A stretch of 64,000 bases of DNA from Burkholderiales bacterium (GTDB lineage: Bacteria > Pseudomonadota > Gammaproteobacteria > Burkholderiales > SG8-39), in contig DASSQD010000047.1 of NCBI GenBank assembly GCA_035702665.1, forward strand, positions 101 to 64,100. Direction: 5' to 3'. Both the position numbers and the translations under genes were made by a program. Shown in pieces: positions 9,379 to 18,855 of this stretch. Below the pieces are notes generated by a model. The model worked only from the letters and a program-made list of their open reading frames with translations, was not told the origin of the DNA and ran no database searches. Numbering within the stretch: position 1 is the first letter of the stretch; each line of letters begins with the position of its first letter.

Positions 9379-10194
9379 TCAGGTGCGCGCGCTCAAGCCC
9401 AGATCCTCGCCGATCGGCCTGCCGGGGTAGTGAAACGCGATCGGCCCATCGGGCTTCGCGTGCATGAACTGGTAAACGTAGGGGTCATTCGACTCGAGCA
9501 CTTCGTCGGGCGTACCCTCGCCCACGACCACGCCGTCGGCGATCACGTAAACGTGGTCGACCAGCTTCACCGCCTCGCTTACGTCGTAGCTTACGACGAT
9601 CGAGGTCGCGCCGAGCGCGTCGTTCAGCTGCCGGATGAGATTGGCGATGACGTTGATCGAGATCGGATCGAGCCCGCCGAAGGGCTCGTCGTACATGGCG
9701 AGCTTCGGGTCGGCGGCGATGGCGCGCGCCAGCGCGACGCGGCGCGACATGCCCCCCGACAGGTCGTTGGGCATGAGCGCGTGCGTGCCGCGCAAGCCCA
9801 CCGCCTGAAGCTTCATCAGCACGATCCGCCGCAGCACGCTCTCGGGGAGCTCGCCGTGGTGCTCGCGCATCGGGAAGGCGATGTTCTCGTACACGCTCAT
9901 GTCCGTGAACAGGCCGCCCGCCTGGAACATCATCCCCATCTTGCGGCGCAGCGCATAGAGGGCGCGCGTGCCGAGCTCGTGCACGTTCTGCCCGTCCACC
10001 CTGACCGTGCCGCGATCCGGCGTCGCCTGCCCGCCGATCAGGCGGAGCAGCGTCGACTTTCCCGAGCCGCTCGCGCCGAGAATCGCGACGACCTTGCCGC
10101 GCGGGATCTCCAGATTCAGCCCCTTGAGCAGCCTGCGCGGCCCGTACGAGAACTCGAGATTCGAGATTTCGACGAGGTTCTCTCGGAGCGCCAT
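9379..10194 (-). CDS. mlaF: ABC transporter ATP-binding protein, MlaF/Ttg2A family
   Basis: Walker A GASGSGKS, LSGGMSRRVALARA, YDEPFGGLDP, C-terminal PDGPIAFHYP typical of MlaF. Confidence 0.85.
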   Translation of the reverse strand: MALRENLVEISNLEFSYGPRRLLKGLNLEIPRGKVVAILGASGSGKSTLLRLIGGQATPDRGTVRVDGQNVHELGTRALYALRRKMGMMFQAGGLFTDMSVYENIAFPMREHHGELPESVLRRIVLMKLQAVGLRGTHALMPNDLSGGMSRRVALARAIAADPKLAMYDEPFGGLDPISINVIANLIRQLNDALGATSIVVSYDVSEAVKLVDHVYVIADGVVVGEGTPDEVLESNDPYVYQFMHAKPDGPIAFHYPGRPIGEDLGLSART

Positions 10195-10201
10195 GTGGGC
10201 G

Positions 10202-11530
10202 CTACTCGCTCTGCAGCAGGGCCACGGTGCCCAGGCCGCCGTCGGCGCAGATGCTCACCACGGCGCGGCTCCCCTTCGGCATCGCCGCGAGCTCCGTCAC
10301 CGCCTGCGACAGGATGCGCGCGCCGGTCGCGCCGAAAGGATGGCCGAGTGCGACCGACCCGCCGTGCGGATTGAGCCGCTCCCAGGGAAAGCTGCCGAGG
10401 TCCGCGTCCACGCCTGCCTTGTGACGGCGGAAGTCTGCGCTCTGGAGCGCGGCGACGTTGCAAAGCACCTGCGCCGAGAAGGCCTCGTGGATCTCCCACA
10501 ACGCGACGTCGGTGTACATCAGTCTGTTGCGGGCGAGCATGCGCGGGATCGCGTAGGCCGGCGCCATCAGCAGGCCCTCGTGGAAGATGTCGACCGCTGC
10601 CACCTCCCAGTCGACGAGGCGCGCCCGCGGAATCGAGGCGGGAAGGCGCTTCATCCCCGCTCCGGTCGCCACCCATAGGCCCGCGGCGCCGTCGGTGAGC
10701 GGCGAGGAATTGCCCGCGGTGATCGTGCCCTTGCCGCTCTTGCGGTCGAACGCCGGCTGCAGCTTCGCCAGCTTCTCGAGGCTGGTATCGGCGCGGGGAA
10801 AGCCGTCGCGCCGCGTATCGCCGACCGGCACGATCAGGTCGTCGAAGAAACCCGCCTTCTGCCCCGCGGTCGCCTTCTCGTGGCTCGCGAGCGCGAGCCT
10901 GTCCTGGGGCTCTCGGGCGACGTTCCAGGTCCTGGCCATCTCCTCGCAGTGCTCGCCCATGCTCTTGCCGGTCGCGCGGTTTCTCACTTCGAGGACGTGC
11001 AGGTGAACGTCACGCGCCCTGAGCGTCCCGAGCGTCGCAAACCGCTGCGCCGCCGACCGCGCCTGGCCGAGCCGCCGCAGCCAGTCGGAAAGATTCTGCG
11101 AGAGTCCGATCTGCACGCGGCTCATGCACTCCACGCCGCCGACGAGCGCGAGCTCCTTGCCGCCGCGTCCGAGCATGCCGGCCGCCTCGAATGCCGCCAC
11201 CATGCTGGTCGAACAGGCGAGCACCGTGGAGAACGCAGGAATGGTCTGGTCGAGGCCCGCTTCGATCTGCACCTCGCGCGCGATGTTCGAGAAGTGGAGG
11301 TTGGGAATCACAGTGCCCCACACAACGAGATCCGGGCGGATGCCCTCGCGGACCGTTCCGGCGCCCGGCTGCGGAATCTGCCCCGGCGGCAGGGTCTCGA
11401 GTCGCGTCATCGCCCGCATCACCGGTACCGACAGCTCGATCGCGCCGAGCCGTGCGAACGGGCCGTCGACGCGCGCAAAGGGCGTACGCAGGCCTGCGGC
11501 GAGCCAGAGATCCGGGGAGTTGGAGTTCAA
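10202..11530 (-). CDS. Acetyl-CoA C-acyltransferase (thiolase, FadI/TFE-beta-like HEAF type)
   Basis: RTPF, catalytic ACSTS, NSSPLTDGA, EIHEAF, GHPFGATG, SICADGG; TTG start. Confidence 0.9.
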   Translation of the reverse strand: MNSNSPDLWLAAGLRTPFARVDGPFARLGAIELSVPVMRAMTRLETLPPGQIPQPGAGTVREGIRPDLVVWGTVIPNLHFSNIAREVQIEAGLDQTIPAFSTVLACSTSMVAAFEAAGMLGRGGKELALVGGVECMSRVQIGLSQNLSDWLRRLGQARSAAQRFATLGTLRARDVHLHVLEVRNRATGKSMGEHCEEMARTWNVAREPQDRLALASHEKATAGQKAGFFDDLIVPVGDTRRDGFPRADTSLEKLAKLQPAFDRKSGKGTITAGNSSPLTDGAAGLWVATGAGMKRLPASIPRARLVDWEVAAVDIFHEGLLMAPAYAIPRMLARNRLMYTDVALWEIHEAFSAQVLCNVAALQSADFRRHKAGVDADLGSFPWERLNPHGGSVALGHPFGATGARILSQAVTELAAMPKGSRAVVSICADGGLGTVALLQSE

Positions 11531-11633
11531 GTTGCCGATTGTAAGGCTTGTTGCGTCTTGCCGACCAACGCGTGCCCGGGAATCATCGGATGGGGCGCCG
11601 GTCTATACTGAACGACTTACGGAGGACAACTAA

Positions 11634-12197
11634 ATGGATCGTCGCGATTGGCTTAAAGGTCTGACTGGCCTGTCCCTTGCGGCATTCGCCCGGGCCGGAC
11701 TAGGGCAGAAGCCTGCACGAGGAGCCGTCAAAGTGGAAGACCTGCAGAAGAACTGGAAGACCCTGCTCGCCGACGGCGCGGACGTGGCGACGAGCATGGA
11801 GCCGCTCAAGCTCTCCGACGTCGAATGGAAGAAGAGGTTGTCGCCGGCAGCGTACACGGTGCTGCGCCACGAGGGTACCGAGCGCGCCGGAACGAGCCCG
11901 CTCGACCACGAGAAGCGTCCCGGCGTGTTCGTGTGCGCGGGATGCGGCCTGCCGCTCTTCTCCTCGGAGATGAAATTCGACAGCGGCACCGGCTGGCCGA
12001 GCTTCTTCACGACCATTCCCGGCGTGTTCGGAACCTCGGTCGACCGAAAGTTCTTCATGGAGCGCACCGAATACCACTGCGTGCGCTGCGGCGGGCATCA
12101 CGGTCACGTGTTCGACGACGGCCCGGAGCCCACGGGGCTGCGTTATTGCAACAACGGCGTCGCCCTGCGCTTCATTCCCAAGACGGGCAAAGCCTAG
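11634..12197 (+). CDS. msrB: Peptide-methionine (R)-S-oxide reductase with Tat signal peptide
   Basis: MDRRDWLK twin-arginine leader, GTER, CAGC/CVRC zinc motifs, KFDSGTGWPSF, GHVFDDGP, RYCNN; RBS GGAGG. Confidence 0.95.
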   Translation: MDRRDWLKGLTGLSLAAFARAGLGQKPARGAVKVEDLQKNWKTLLADGADVATSMEPLKLSDVEWKKRLSPAAYTVLRHEGTERAGTSPLDHEKRPGVFVCAGCGLPLFSSEMKFDSGTGWPSFFTTIPGVFGTSVDRKFFMERTEYHCVRCGGHHGHVFDDGPEPTGLRYCNNGVALRFIPKTGKA

Positions 12198-12210
12198 GCC
12201 GACCGGCTAG

Positions 12211-12245
12211 AAACAAAGCCGCGGATTCCCGCGGCTTTGTCTTTT
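12211..12245. terminator. Bidirectional intrinsic terminator
   Basis: ACAAAGCCGCGG-attc-CCGCGGCTTTGT then CTTTT, between convergent msrB and MHYT gene. Confidence 0.85.
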
Positions 12246-12261
12246 GGGGACCGCCTTCTTG

Positions 12262-12999
12262 CTACAGACCGGCGGTCAGCGTGCGCTGCGATTTCCAGGC
12301 GCCGTAGATCAGCAGCAGCGTGAGGATGACCGCGGTGACCCCGAACACGGAGTAGGCCATGTTCGCGGGCGAAAGCGAGATCCCTGCGCTCGCGATCGGC
12401 TCCTTGGTCGGTTCGAGCTTTAGCGCGTACATGCCGGTGTAGTGCATGCCGCACACCGCGACCCCCATGACGAAGGCGCTGCCGAAGCGCTGCAGGTTGC
12501 CGCGCAGGTTGAACGCGAGCCACAGCGCGACCGTCGCGGCCACGATGGCGATTGCGATCGAGGCGGCGAACAGCGTCGGGTCGTAGCTGAGCTTGGCCGG
12601 CATGATCATCGCCGCCATGCCGGTGTAGTGCATCAGCGCGACGCCCAGCCCGGTGAGCACTCCGCCCAGGGGCAGGTTGATCCATCCCCCGTCGCTACGG
12701 CCGACAATGAACAGGCCGATGGCCGGCGCGAGGATCGAGAGGACCAGCGAGGTCATCGTCAGGACCGGGTCATAGGCCACGGGGAAGCCGAGGTCGGCGG
12801 CGTTCATGCCGATGAAGTGCATCGACCAGATCGCGCCCCCGCCTACCGCCGCAGCCGCGCCGATGACCGAACTGATGATCGCTCCCCAGGTGCGCGCCTG
12901 CGGGATCGCAATGGCGAGCTGCAGCGCCGTGTAGGAACCGAACACCGAGATCACATACGACAGCGCGACCAGGAACGGCTCATATTGGATTGTGTTCAT
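12262..12999 (-). CDS. Stand-alone MHYT-domain integral membrane sensor
   Basis: IWSMHFIGM, MHYTGM twice; ~7 TM segments; no output domain; RBS GGAGG. Confidence 0.92.
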   Translation of the reverse strand: MNTIQYEPFLVALSYVISVFGSYTALQLAIAIPQARTWGAIISSVIGAAAAVGGGAIWSMHFIGMNAADLGFPVAYDPVLTMTSLVLSILAPAIGLFIVGRSDGGWINLPLGGVLTGLGVALMHYTGMAAMIMPAKLSYDPTLFAASIAIAIVAATVALWLAFNLRGNLQRFGSAFVMGVAVCGMHYTGMYALKLEPTKEPIASAGISLSPANMAYSVFGVTAVILTLLLIYGAWKSQRTLTAGL

Positions 13000-13089
13000 C
13001 TAAGCGCCTCCATTCACTCTGATTTTAAACAACACCTTATGTAGAATGGCTAAGACCACGCCTTGGATTGCGTGCCTAAAGCCAGGAAA

Positions 13090-13758
13090 TTATAGATCAT
13101 ATTCAATCTTGAAACTACACTGCCCGCTGCCTTTCGCTTTACAGGCAAGCCTCCCCACCCTGGTATTGGGGGTGAGGGGGCCTGCGTCGAGGAATCCCTG
13201 CATGAAGCCGCCGAGGAACGCACAACACGGGGCGGCGCTGGAGCAGAGTGGCCCCCCCGGGAGGTGCACCTCCGCTTCGGTCGCCTCTACCTTGGCGATC
13301 GCCTCGAGCGCAGGGACCAGCGTTCGCTTCAACGCGGTAGGCATCTTGAGCGGGCTGCCAAACGACCATTCCTTCTCGTAGTGGTAGGCGCCGATCTTCT
13401 TGCCCGCCTCGAACAGTTCATGCTCCCTGATATCCGCGCTGAAGGATTCGGCGTACGCCCGGACCAGCGCCGCGACGTCCGGGAATTTCTCCGCGATGTC
13501 CTTCACGGTCGGGGCTGACCCGGATTGGGCGCTGTCCACATCGAGCAGGCGGAACTCGGGGCTCAGGCTCTTGATCTCGGCCGCGAGCTTCTTGCCGTCG
13601 ACGTGGGGCACATCGATGCTAACCCTCACCAACTTGCCGCCCGACGCAGAGTCGACGAGCTGCTGCCCCTTCAAGGGGTAGCCCTTGCGGACGAGGAAGG
13701 CCGATATCCGCGCCAGAGCGCCGCTCTTGTCGGCGCCGCTTATAGTAATCGTCACCAT
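13090..13758 (-). CDS. ACT-like + V4R (4-vinyl reductase)-domain protein
   Basis: N-terminal ACT-like ITISGADKSGALARIS; C-terminal C..CCAFLGGFMQG...CKAKGSGQCSF matches the V4R Cys pattern. Confidence 0.7.
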   Translation of the reverse strand: MVTITISGADKSGALARISAFLVRKGYPLKGQQLVDSASGGKLVRVSIDVPHVDGKKLAAEIKSLSPEFRLLDVDSAQSGSAPTVKDIAEKFPDVAALVRAYAESFSADIREHELFEAGKKIGAYHYEKEWSFGSPLKMPTALKRTLVPALEAIAKVEATEAEVHLPGGPLCSSAAPCCAFLGGFMQGFLDAGPLTPNTRVGRLACKAKGSGQCSFKIEYDL

Positions 13759-13828
13759 CTCTTTCGCTCCGCTCGCAAATATGCAACTTTCGTGCCTTCC
13801 TGGCTAGGCCTTAAGCCGCAGACCGGGT

Positions 13829-13862
13829 GTAACGGCAGCAACCGGGCTTACAAGGCGTTACA
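13829..13862 (+). promoter_or_regulatory. Putative OmpR-family response-regulator direct repeats
   Basis: GTAAC/GCAAC/CTTAC/GTTAC at 9-10 bp spacing, including TTACA-N5-TTACA (13848-13862), upstream of the 13931 gene. Confidence 0.4.
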
Positions 13863-13930
13863 GAGGCGAGGTCAACACCTCGCACCTTGAGGTCGTTCTT
13901 CGGCTTGTATATCCGAGAAAGGAGCGAACC

Positions 13931-14299
13931 ATGAAAACCATCGGACTCTTCAGCATCGTCGCCGCCGTTGCGGTCGCTACGCCCGCTCTGGCTCACGAAG
14001 GCTGGTACAGGGGCGCGCACTTCTATCCGGGCCACCGCGTCGTCGTCGTGAGGCCTCCGGTCTACGCGCCGCGACCCGTGGTCGTGGTCCGGCCGATCTA
14101 CTATGCCCCGTACTACGTCGCGGCTCCGGTTTACTACGCGGCACCGGCGCCTGTGTATCGCGACTCGACCGCCGCCGCAACCGTCGGCGGCGCGATCGCC
14201 GGCGCGGCGATCGGCGCGATCGCCAGCAACGGCAGGCCCGGCGCGATCGCGGCGGGTACGGTAGTCGGAGCGGTCATCGGCAACGGCCTCGCCCGCTGA
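13931..14299 (+). CDS. Small exported Pro/Tyr/Val-rich protein with C-terminal glycine zipper
   Basis: RBS AAAGGAG, signal peptide ending PALA, PVYAP repeats, GGAIAGAAIG...GAVIG; own terminator. Confidence 0.85.
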   Translation: MKTIGLFSIVAAVAVATPALAHEGWYRGAHFYPGHRVVVVRPPVYAPRPVVVVRPIYYAPYYVAAPVYYAAPAPVYRDSTAAATVGGAIAGAAIGAIASNGRPGAIAAGTVVGAVIGNGLAR

Positions 14300-14317
14300 C
14301 GGCGGCTTGCCTCGGCG

Positions 14318-14345
14318 AAAAAGTCCGCCTCCGGGCGGACTTTTC
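14318..14345. terminator. Intrinsic terminator
   Basis: AAAAGTCCGCC-tccg-GGCGGACTTTT. Confidence 0.88.
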
Positions 14346-14387
14346 ATTTCCGGAAGGCTTCGACAGGCCGGCCCGTACAATGGCGCG

Positions 14388-15380
14388 ATGCGTTCGGAGC
14401 CGCCGTATTCAGGTCTCACCCCCGATACCGTGCTCGACGCGCTGGCGAGCGCCGGTTTCATAGGCGACGGGCGGCTTCTCGCGCTGAACAGCTACGAGAA
14501 CCGCGTCTATCAGGTCTGGCTCGAGGACGCGGAGAGCGCCAAGCCCTCGGTGGTCGCCAAGTTCTACCGCCCGGCACGCTGGAGCGAGGCCCAGATCCTC
14601 GAGGAGCACGCGTTCACCGCCGAGCTCGCCGAACGGGAGATCCCGGTAGTTGCGCCGCTCTCAAGCGCTGCGAAGACGCTCCACGAGCATCGCGGGTTCC
14701 GCTTCGCCGTCTATCCGCGCCGCGGGGGCCGCACGCCCGAGCTGGAGGATCCCGACACGCTCGAGTGGATGGGGCGCTTCATCGGACGAATTCACGCGGT
14801 GGGTGCCGTACGACCCTTTGCCGTGCGACCTGCGCTCGACATCGAGACCTTCGGCCGCGAGCCGCGTGACTGGCTGCTCGCGAGCGGCTTCGTTCCACCC
14901 GATCTGCTCGAAGCCTGGAGGAGCGCGGTCGACCTGGCGCTCGCGGGCGTCGCGCGCAGCTTCGAGCGCGCGGACGGCGTACGCTCGCTGCGCCTGCACG
15001 GGGATTGCCACGCCGGAAATGTGCTATGGACCGACGAGGGCCCCCACTTCGTCGACTTCGACGACTGCCGGACGGGGCCGGCGATCCAGGACCTGTGGAT
15101 GATGCTCTCCGGCGACCGCGCCTCGATGACGCGGCAGCTCGCCGATGTCCTCGCAGGCTACGAGGATTTCCACGACTTCGACCCGCGGGAGCTGCACCTG
15201 CTGGAGGCGTTGCGCACGCTACGCCTCATTCACTACTCGGCCTGGCTCGCGCGGCGCTGGGAAGATCCCGCGTTTCCCGCGGCGTTTCCCTGGTTCAACA
15301 CGCAGCGCTACTGGCAGGACAGGATTCTGGAGCTGAAAGAGCAGATCGCACTGATGCAGGAAGAGCCGCTCCGGGTATGA
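14388..15380 (+). CDS. srkA: Stress response serine/threonine kinase SrkA (RdoA/YihE)
   Basis: LNSYENRVY, KFYRPARW, LHGDCHAGN, VDFDD, AIQDLWM, DPAFPAAFPWF. Confidence 0.95.
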   Translation: MRSEPPYSGLTPDTVLDALASAGFIGDGRLLALNSYENRVYQVWLEDAESAKPSVVAKFYRPARWSEAQILEEHAFTAELAEREIPVVAPLSSAAKTLHEHRGFRFAVYPRRGGRTPELEDPDTLEWMGRFIGRIHAVGAVRPFAVRPALDIETFGREPRDWLLASGFVPPDLLEAWRSAVDLALAGVARSFERADGVRSLRLHGDCHAGNVLWTDEGPHFVDFDDCRTGPAIQDLWMMLSGDRASMTRQLADVLAGYEDFHDFDPRELHLLEALRTLRLIHYSAWLARRWEDPAFPAAFPWFNTQRYWQDRILELKEQIALMQEEPLRV

Positions 15381-16576
15381 GCGCTCCTGCGCGAGGCGGT
15401 GGCCTCACCGTCACCCTGGTGGTCGTATGCCAGGGCTTCAACATGCTGACGGTCGGCGGCATCGCGCTCTTCCTGCCGCTGATCCGCGAAGACCTCGGCA
15501 TGAGCTTCGCGCAGGCGGGGATGCTTTCGGCCGTTTCGACCTTCACTTACGCGCTCGGCCAGATTCCCGCAGGAGTGCTCGCCGACCGCTTCGGGCCGAA
15601 GCGCCTTTTCTTCCTCGGCATCCTCGGCTCGACGCTGCTGTCGTTCAACTTCGGAACGCTGCAGACCTACTCCGGCGCGCTCGCGAACCAAATCGCCTCG
15701 GGCGTGTTTCGCGCCCTCATTTTCGCGCCGGGGCTCGCGCTCGTCGCCTCCTGGTTCCCGTCGGACCGCAAGGCGACGGCGATGGGCGTGTACGTGATCG
15801 GCGGCGTTTCGGGGAACATCCTGCTCTCGCTCTTGGGACCGCTGCTCGCTGGCCGCTACGGCTGGCGCCCGACGTTCATGGGCTTTGCGCTGCTCGGAGC
15901 GCTCATGGCGTTCGTCTACCTTCTGCTGGGAAAGGAGAACCCGGCCAGGTCAAGGCACGCGGTCGGGGTGCTCGAGGTTTTCGAGCTTTTCCGCTATCCG
16001 ATCATGTGGGTTTGCGCCGGCATCCAGTTCATCCGCTTCGCCGTCACGACCTCGTTCAATTTCTGGCTGCCCTCGCTGCTGGTATCGGACCGCGGCCTGT
16101 CGCTCGAGGCCGCGGGCCTGATCACGGCCATGGGAGCCTTGCTCACGGCGGCTGCGAATCCCCTCGGAGGCTACGTTTCCGACCGCCTCAGGAATCCGCC
16201 ATTGGTGATCGGCGCGTCGCTCGCCGTGCTCGCATGCACGTCGGGCATGCTCGTGGTGGTCGACGCGATCCCCCTGCTCGTCCTAGTGATCGCGGTGAAC
16301 GCCGTGTTCCTGCAGTTCTACTTCGGGCCGCTGTTCGCCGTGCCGCTCGAGGTGCTGGGGTCGCGCGTCGCCGGAATGTCCGCCGGATTCTCCAACATGT
16401 TCGCCAACCTCGGTGCGCTGGTCTTCGCCTACGCGCTCGGGGTAGTGAAGGATACGTCGGGTGCGTTCAAATGGGGCTTCGTCGCGACAGCCGGTGTGTG
16501 CGTCGCCGGTGTGGCGCTGGCGGCGGTGCTCGCGCGCATGAAGACGCGCGCGCTCGACGACGGCGCGCGCCCTTAG
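15377..16576 (+). CDS. MFS transporter
   Basis: ATGA overlap with srkA; GVLADRFGPKR motif A, GYVSDRL; ~12 TM. Confidence 0.9.
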   Translation: MSAPARGGGLTVTLVVVCQGFNMLTVGGIALFLPLIREDLGMSFAQAGMLSAVSTFTYALGQIPAGVLADRFGPKRLFFLGILGSTLLSFNFGTLQTYSGALANQIASGVFRALIFAPGLALVASWFPSDRKATAMGVYVIGGVSGNILLSLLGPLLAGRYGWRPTFMGFALLGALMAFVYLLLGKENPARSRHAVGVLEVFELFRYPIMWVCAGIQFIRFAVTTSFNFWLPSLLVSDRGLSLEAAGLITAMGALLTAAANPLGGYVSDRLRNPPLVIGASLAVLACTSGMLVVVDAIPLLVLVIAVNAVFLQFYFGPLFAVPLEVLGSRVAGMSAGFSNMFANLGALVFAYALGVVKDTSGAFKWGFVATAGVCVAGVALAAVLARMKTRALDDGARP

Positions 16577-16589
16577 GACGCTGGCACCG

Positions 16590-17321
16590 TCACCACGGGT
16601 CGACCTTGACGATATCCAGCGGGTTTCCCGAGATCGCGTCGATCAAGACTGCGGCGTCGGTACGCGCCCGCAGCGGCAGAAACTTAACGGTCTCGGGAGA
16701 TCGCCCCGCCGAATCCAGATAGCTTCTGACGGCGCGCGGATCGCGCTCGAGGAGCATGTTCAAGTCCTTCGCGTGCCTGAGCGCGTTCTGCGCCTGCTGC
16801 GCATAGGGAACGTAGTACCGCGGATACAGCTGCACGTCCTTGCCTCCCAGAGCGGACATGAGAATCCCGAGCTGCTCCTTGGGATCGCGTGGCAGCACCG
16901 CGGCAATGTAGAGGGGACGCCCGAGCGGCAGTCGCCTGAACTCCGGATCCGTCGCCTTGGCCACATCCTGCGGATCGAGGTCCTTCGCGGTCACCAGAAC
17001 GAATCTGTCGACCACGTACGCGATATAGACCGGCCGCGCGACATAGACGACGTGAATCCCATAGGCCAGCGCCGCGGCCTGCAGCGCCGCGATGAACGCG
17101 AGGTCGAACTTCAAGCCCTTCTTGCCGGATTTGAAGACGATGAGCGTGATCAGGGGACCGAGCGTCACATCGACCCCGGCCAGGATCAAGGTGATCCCGC
17201 TGCCGCCGGCGAGCTCGAACAGCGGCCAGCGGTACCAGACGGTCACCATGAAGGCGAGCACCACGCCGACGATGGCGCAACTCAGCAGCAGATGGATTCC
17301 AGAGGCTTTCCAGCGAGACAT
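16590..17321 (-). CDS. TfpX/TfpZ (FimB-like) type IV pilin accessory protein
   Basis: MSRWKASGIHLLLS, VDVTLGPLITL, DLAFIAALQAAALAYG, ARPV. Confidence 0.85.
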   Translation of the reverse strand: MSRWKASGIHLLLSCAIVGVVLAFMVTVWYRWPLFELAGGSGITLILAGVDVTLGPLITLIVFKSGKKGLKFDLAFIAALQAAALAYGIHVVYVARPVYIAYVVDRFVLVTAKDLDPQDVAKATDPEFRRLPLGRPLYIAAVLPRDPKEQLGILMSALGGKDVQLYPRYYVPYAQQAQNALRHAKDLNMLLERDPRAVRSYLDSAGRSPETVKFLPLRARTDAAVLIDAISGNPLDIVKVDPW

Positions 17322-17386
17322 GTACGCTAGACCGCGACAGAACTCGGATGTTCCGCGCGGAGTATTCTTCCCGGACGGCGTTCAGC

Positions 17387-18184
17387 CTAGCTCGGATCGT
17401 CCGGACCTGCGACCGCGGCGCCTTCCACCCTGTGCCCGGCGAGGGACCGGGCGACGAACCCGGTGGCCTTCATCTCCTCGATGAAATCACGCACGTACAC
17501 GGCTCCGGCGTCCCGGCCTCTGGGCACGGCCATCGCCTGCTTGATCACCATGAAGCGCCCGGGCAGCATGCGCACGCCGGCGACGCGCGTCGCGTCGGCC
17601 TCGAGCTGCTGCCTGACGCCCGCCGCGACCTCGAGGTTCTCCCTGATCATCATGCTCACCACCTCGGGCGATGTCGGCGCGCGCACCAGCATCGCGCGCT
17701 TGATCTCACGGGTGAGGAAGAGGTCGTAGGCGCTGCCCTTGCCGACCGCAATCCTGATTCCCTCGCGATCGACCTCTGCGTTGCTGCGTATGCCCGATTC
17801 GGCGGGCACGAGGTACGAGCCCTCGATGACGACGTAGGGCGGCGACTGGATCATATCCCTCGCGCGCTGCGGATCGATCGCCACGTACGCTACGTCCCAG
17901 GCTCCGGTCTTCACGGCTTCGACGACCCGGCCCGCTGCGGCGTACGGGACGATCTCCAGCGGAACGCCCAGGCGCCTGGCGAGCTCGCGGGACAGATCGA
18001 CCGAGACGCCGCGCGCCTCCCCGGTCGCCGGATCCTTCGAGGCGAGGACCGGGTTGCCGAAGTTGATCGCGGCGCGCAGCTTGCCCGTCGGCGCGAGCTC
18101 CGCCACCGTCGCGGGCGACGGCTTCGGCGGCTCCGACGAGCACGCGGCGAGCGCCGCGGCAAGAAGGATCGCGATTCGCCGCAC
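17387..18184 (-). CDS. ABC transporter substrate-binding lipoprotein (family 3-like)
   Basis: Lipobox LAAC, LAPTGKLRAAINFGNP, GSAYDLFL. Confidence 0.85.
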   Translation of the reverse strand: MRRIAILLAAALAACSSEPPKPSPATVAELAPTGKLRAAINFGNPVLASKDPATGEARGVSVDLSRELARRLGVPLEIVPYAAAGRVVEAVKTGAWDVAYVAIDPQRARDMIQSPPYVVIEGSYLVPAESGIRSNAEVDREGIRIAVGKGSAYDLFLTREIKRAMLVRAPTSPEVVSMMIRENLEVAAGVRQQLEADATRVAGVRMLPGRFMVIKQAMAVPRGRDAGAVYVRDFIEEMKATGFVARSLAGHRVEGAAVAGPDDPS

Positions 18185-18188
18185 GGGC

Positions 18189-18776
18189 CTACAACGGCTT
18201 GATCTCGACTTTGCGGAACTTCACCACGCCCGCGCCGTACTGCAGCGCAATCGGGCCGCTCGCATGCTTGCTGTCGTCGACCTCGGCGGTCTTCACGCCG
18301 TTCAGCACGATGGTGAGCCGCGGCCCCTTGGCGGTGATCTCGTACGTGTTCCACTTGCCGCCCGCCTTGAGCACGGTCGAGGCCTTCGCGACGTACACGA
18401 TCGCGCCGGTGCCGTAGCTCGGATCCGGCCGCTTGTCGAAGATGTTGACCTCGTAAGCGTTCTTGGCGTTCACCGTTCCGCGGTCGCCGCAGCGTAGGAA
18501 AACGCCGCTGTTGGCGTCGTCGTCGACCCAGAATTCCGCGCGAACCTGGAAATCGGTGTAGGCGTTCTTGGACACGAGGTAACCCTGGCGCTTGGCGCCG
18601 CTGTCGGCCATGACTGTTCCGTCGGCGACCCTCCAATTGGCGTTGCCGATCGCGTTCCAGTTGTCGAGATTGGAGCCGTCGAAGAGCACGACCCATCCCG
18701 AGCCGGAAGACATCGACGAGCAGGCGCCCAGCGCGACCGCGAGCAGCCCGATGGCGAGCAAGGACAGGCGTTTCAT
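18189..18776 (-). CDS. DUF1080 / 3-keto-disaccharide hydrolase-family lipoprotein
   Basis: Lipobox LGAC, LFDGSNLDNW, NSGVFLR, YEVNI, WNTYEI, GPIALQ; RBS GGAGG. Confidence 0.88.
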   Translation of the reverse strand: MKRLSLLAIGLLAVALGACSSMSSGSGWVVLFDGSNLDNWNAIGNANWRVADGTVMADSGAKRQGYLVSKNAYTDFQVRAEFWVDDDANSGVFLRCGDRGTVNAKNAYEVNIFDKRPDPSYGTGAIVYVAKASTVLKAGGKWNTYEITAKGPRLTIVLNGVKTAEVDDSKHASGPIALQYGAGVVKFRKVEIKPL

Positions 18777-18855
18777 TGCGACCTCCTCCAAGAGGTGACG
18801 GCGAATACGGCGGGTTCGCGCATTCTGCACCGCTGCGCGGCGCTGTCAATCCCGC

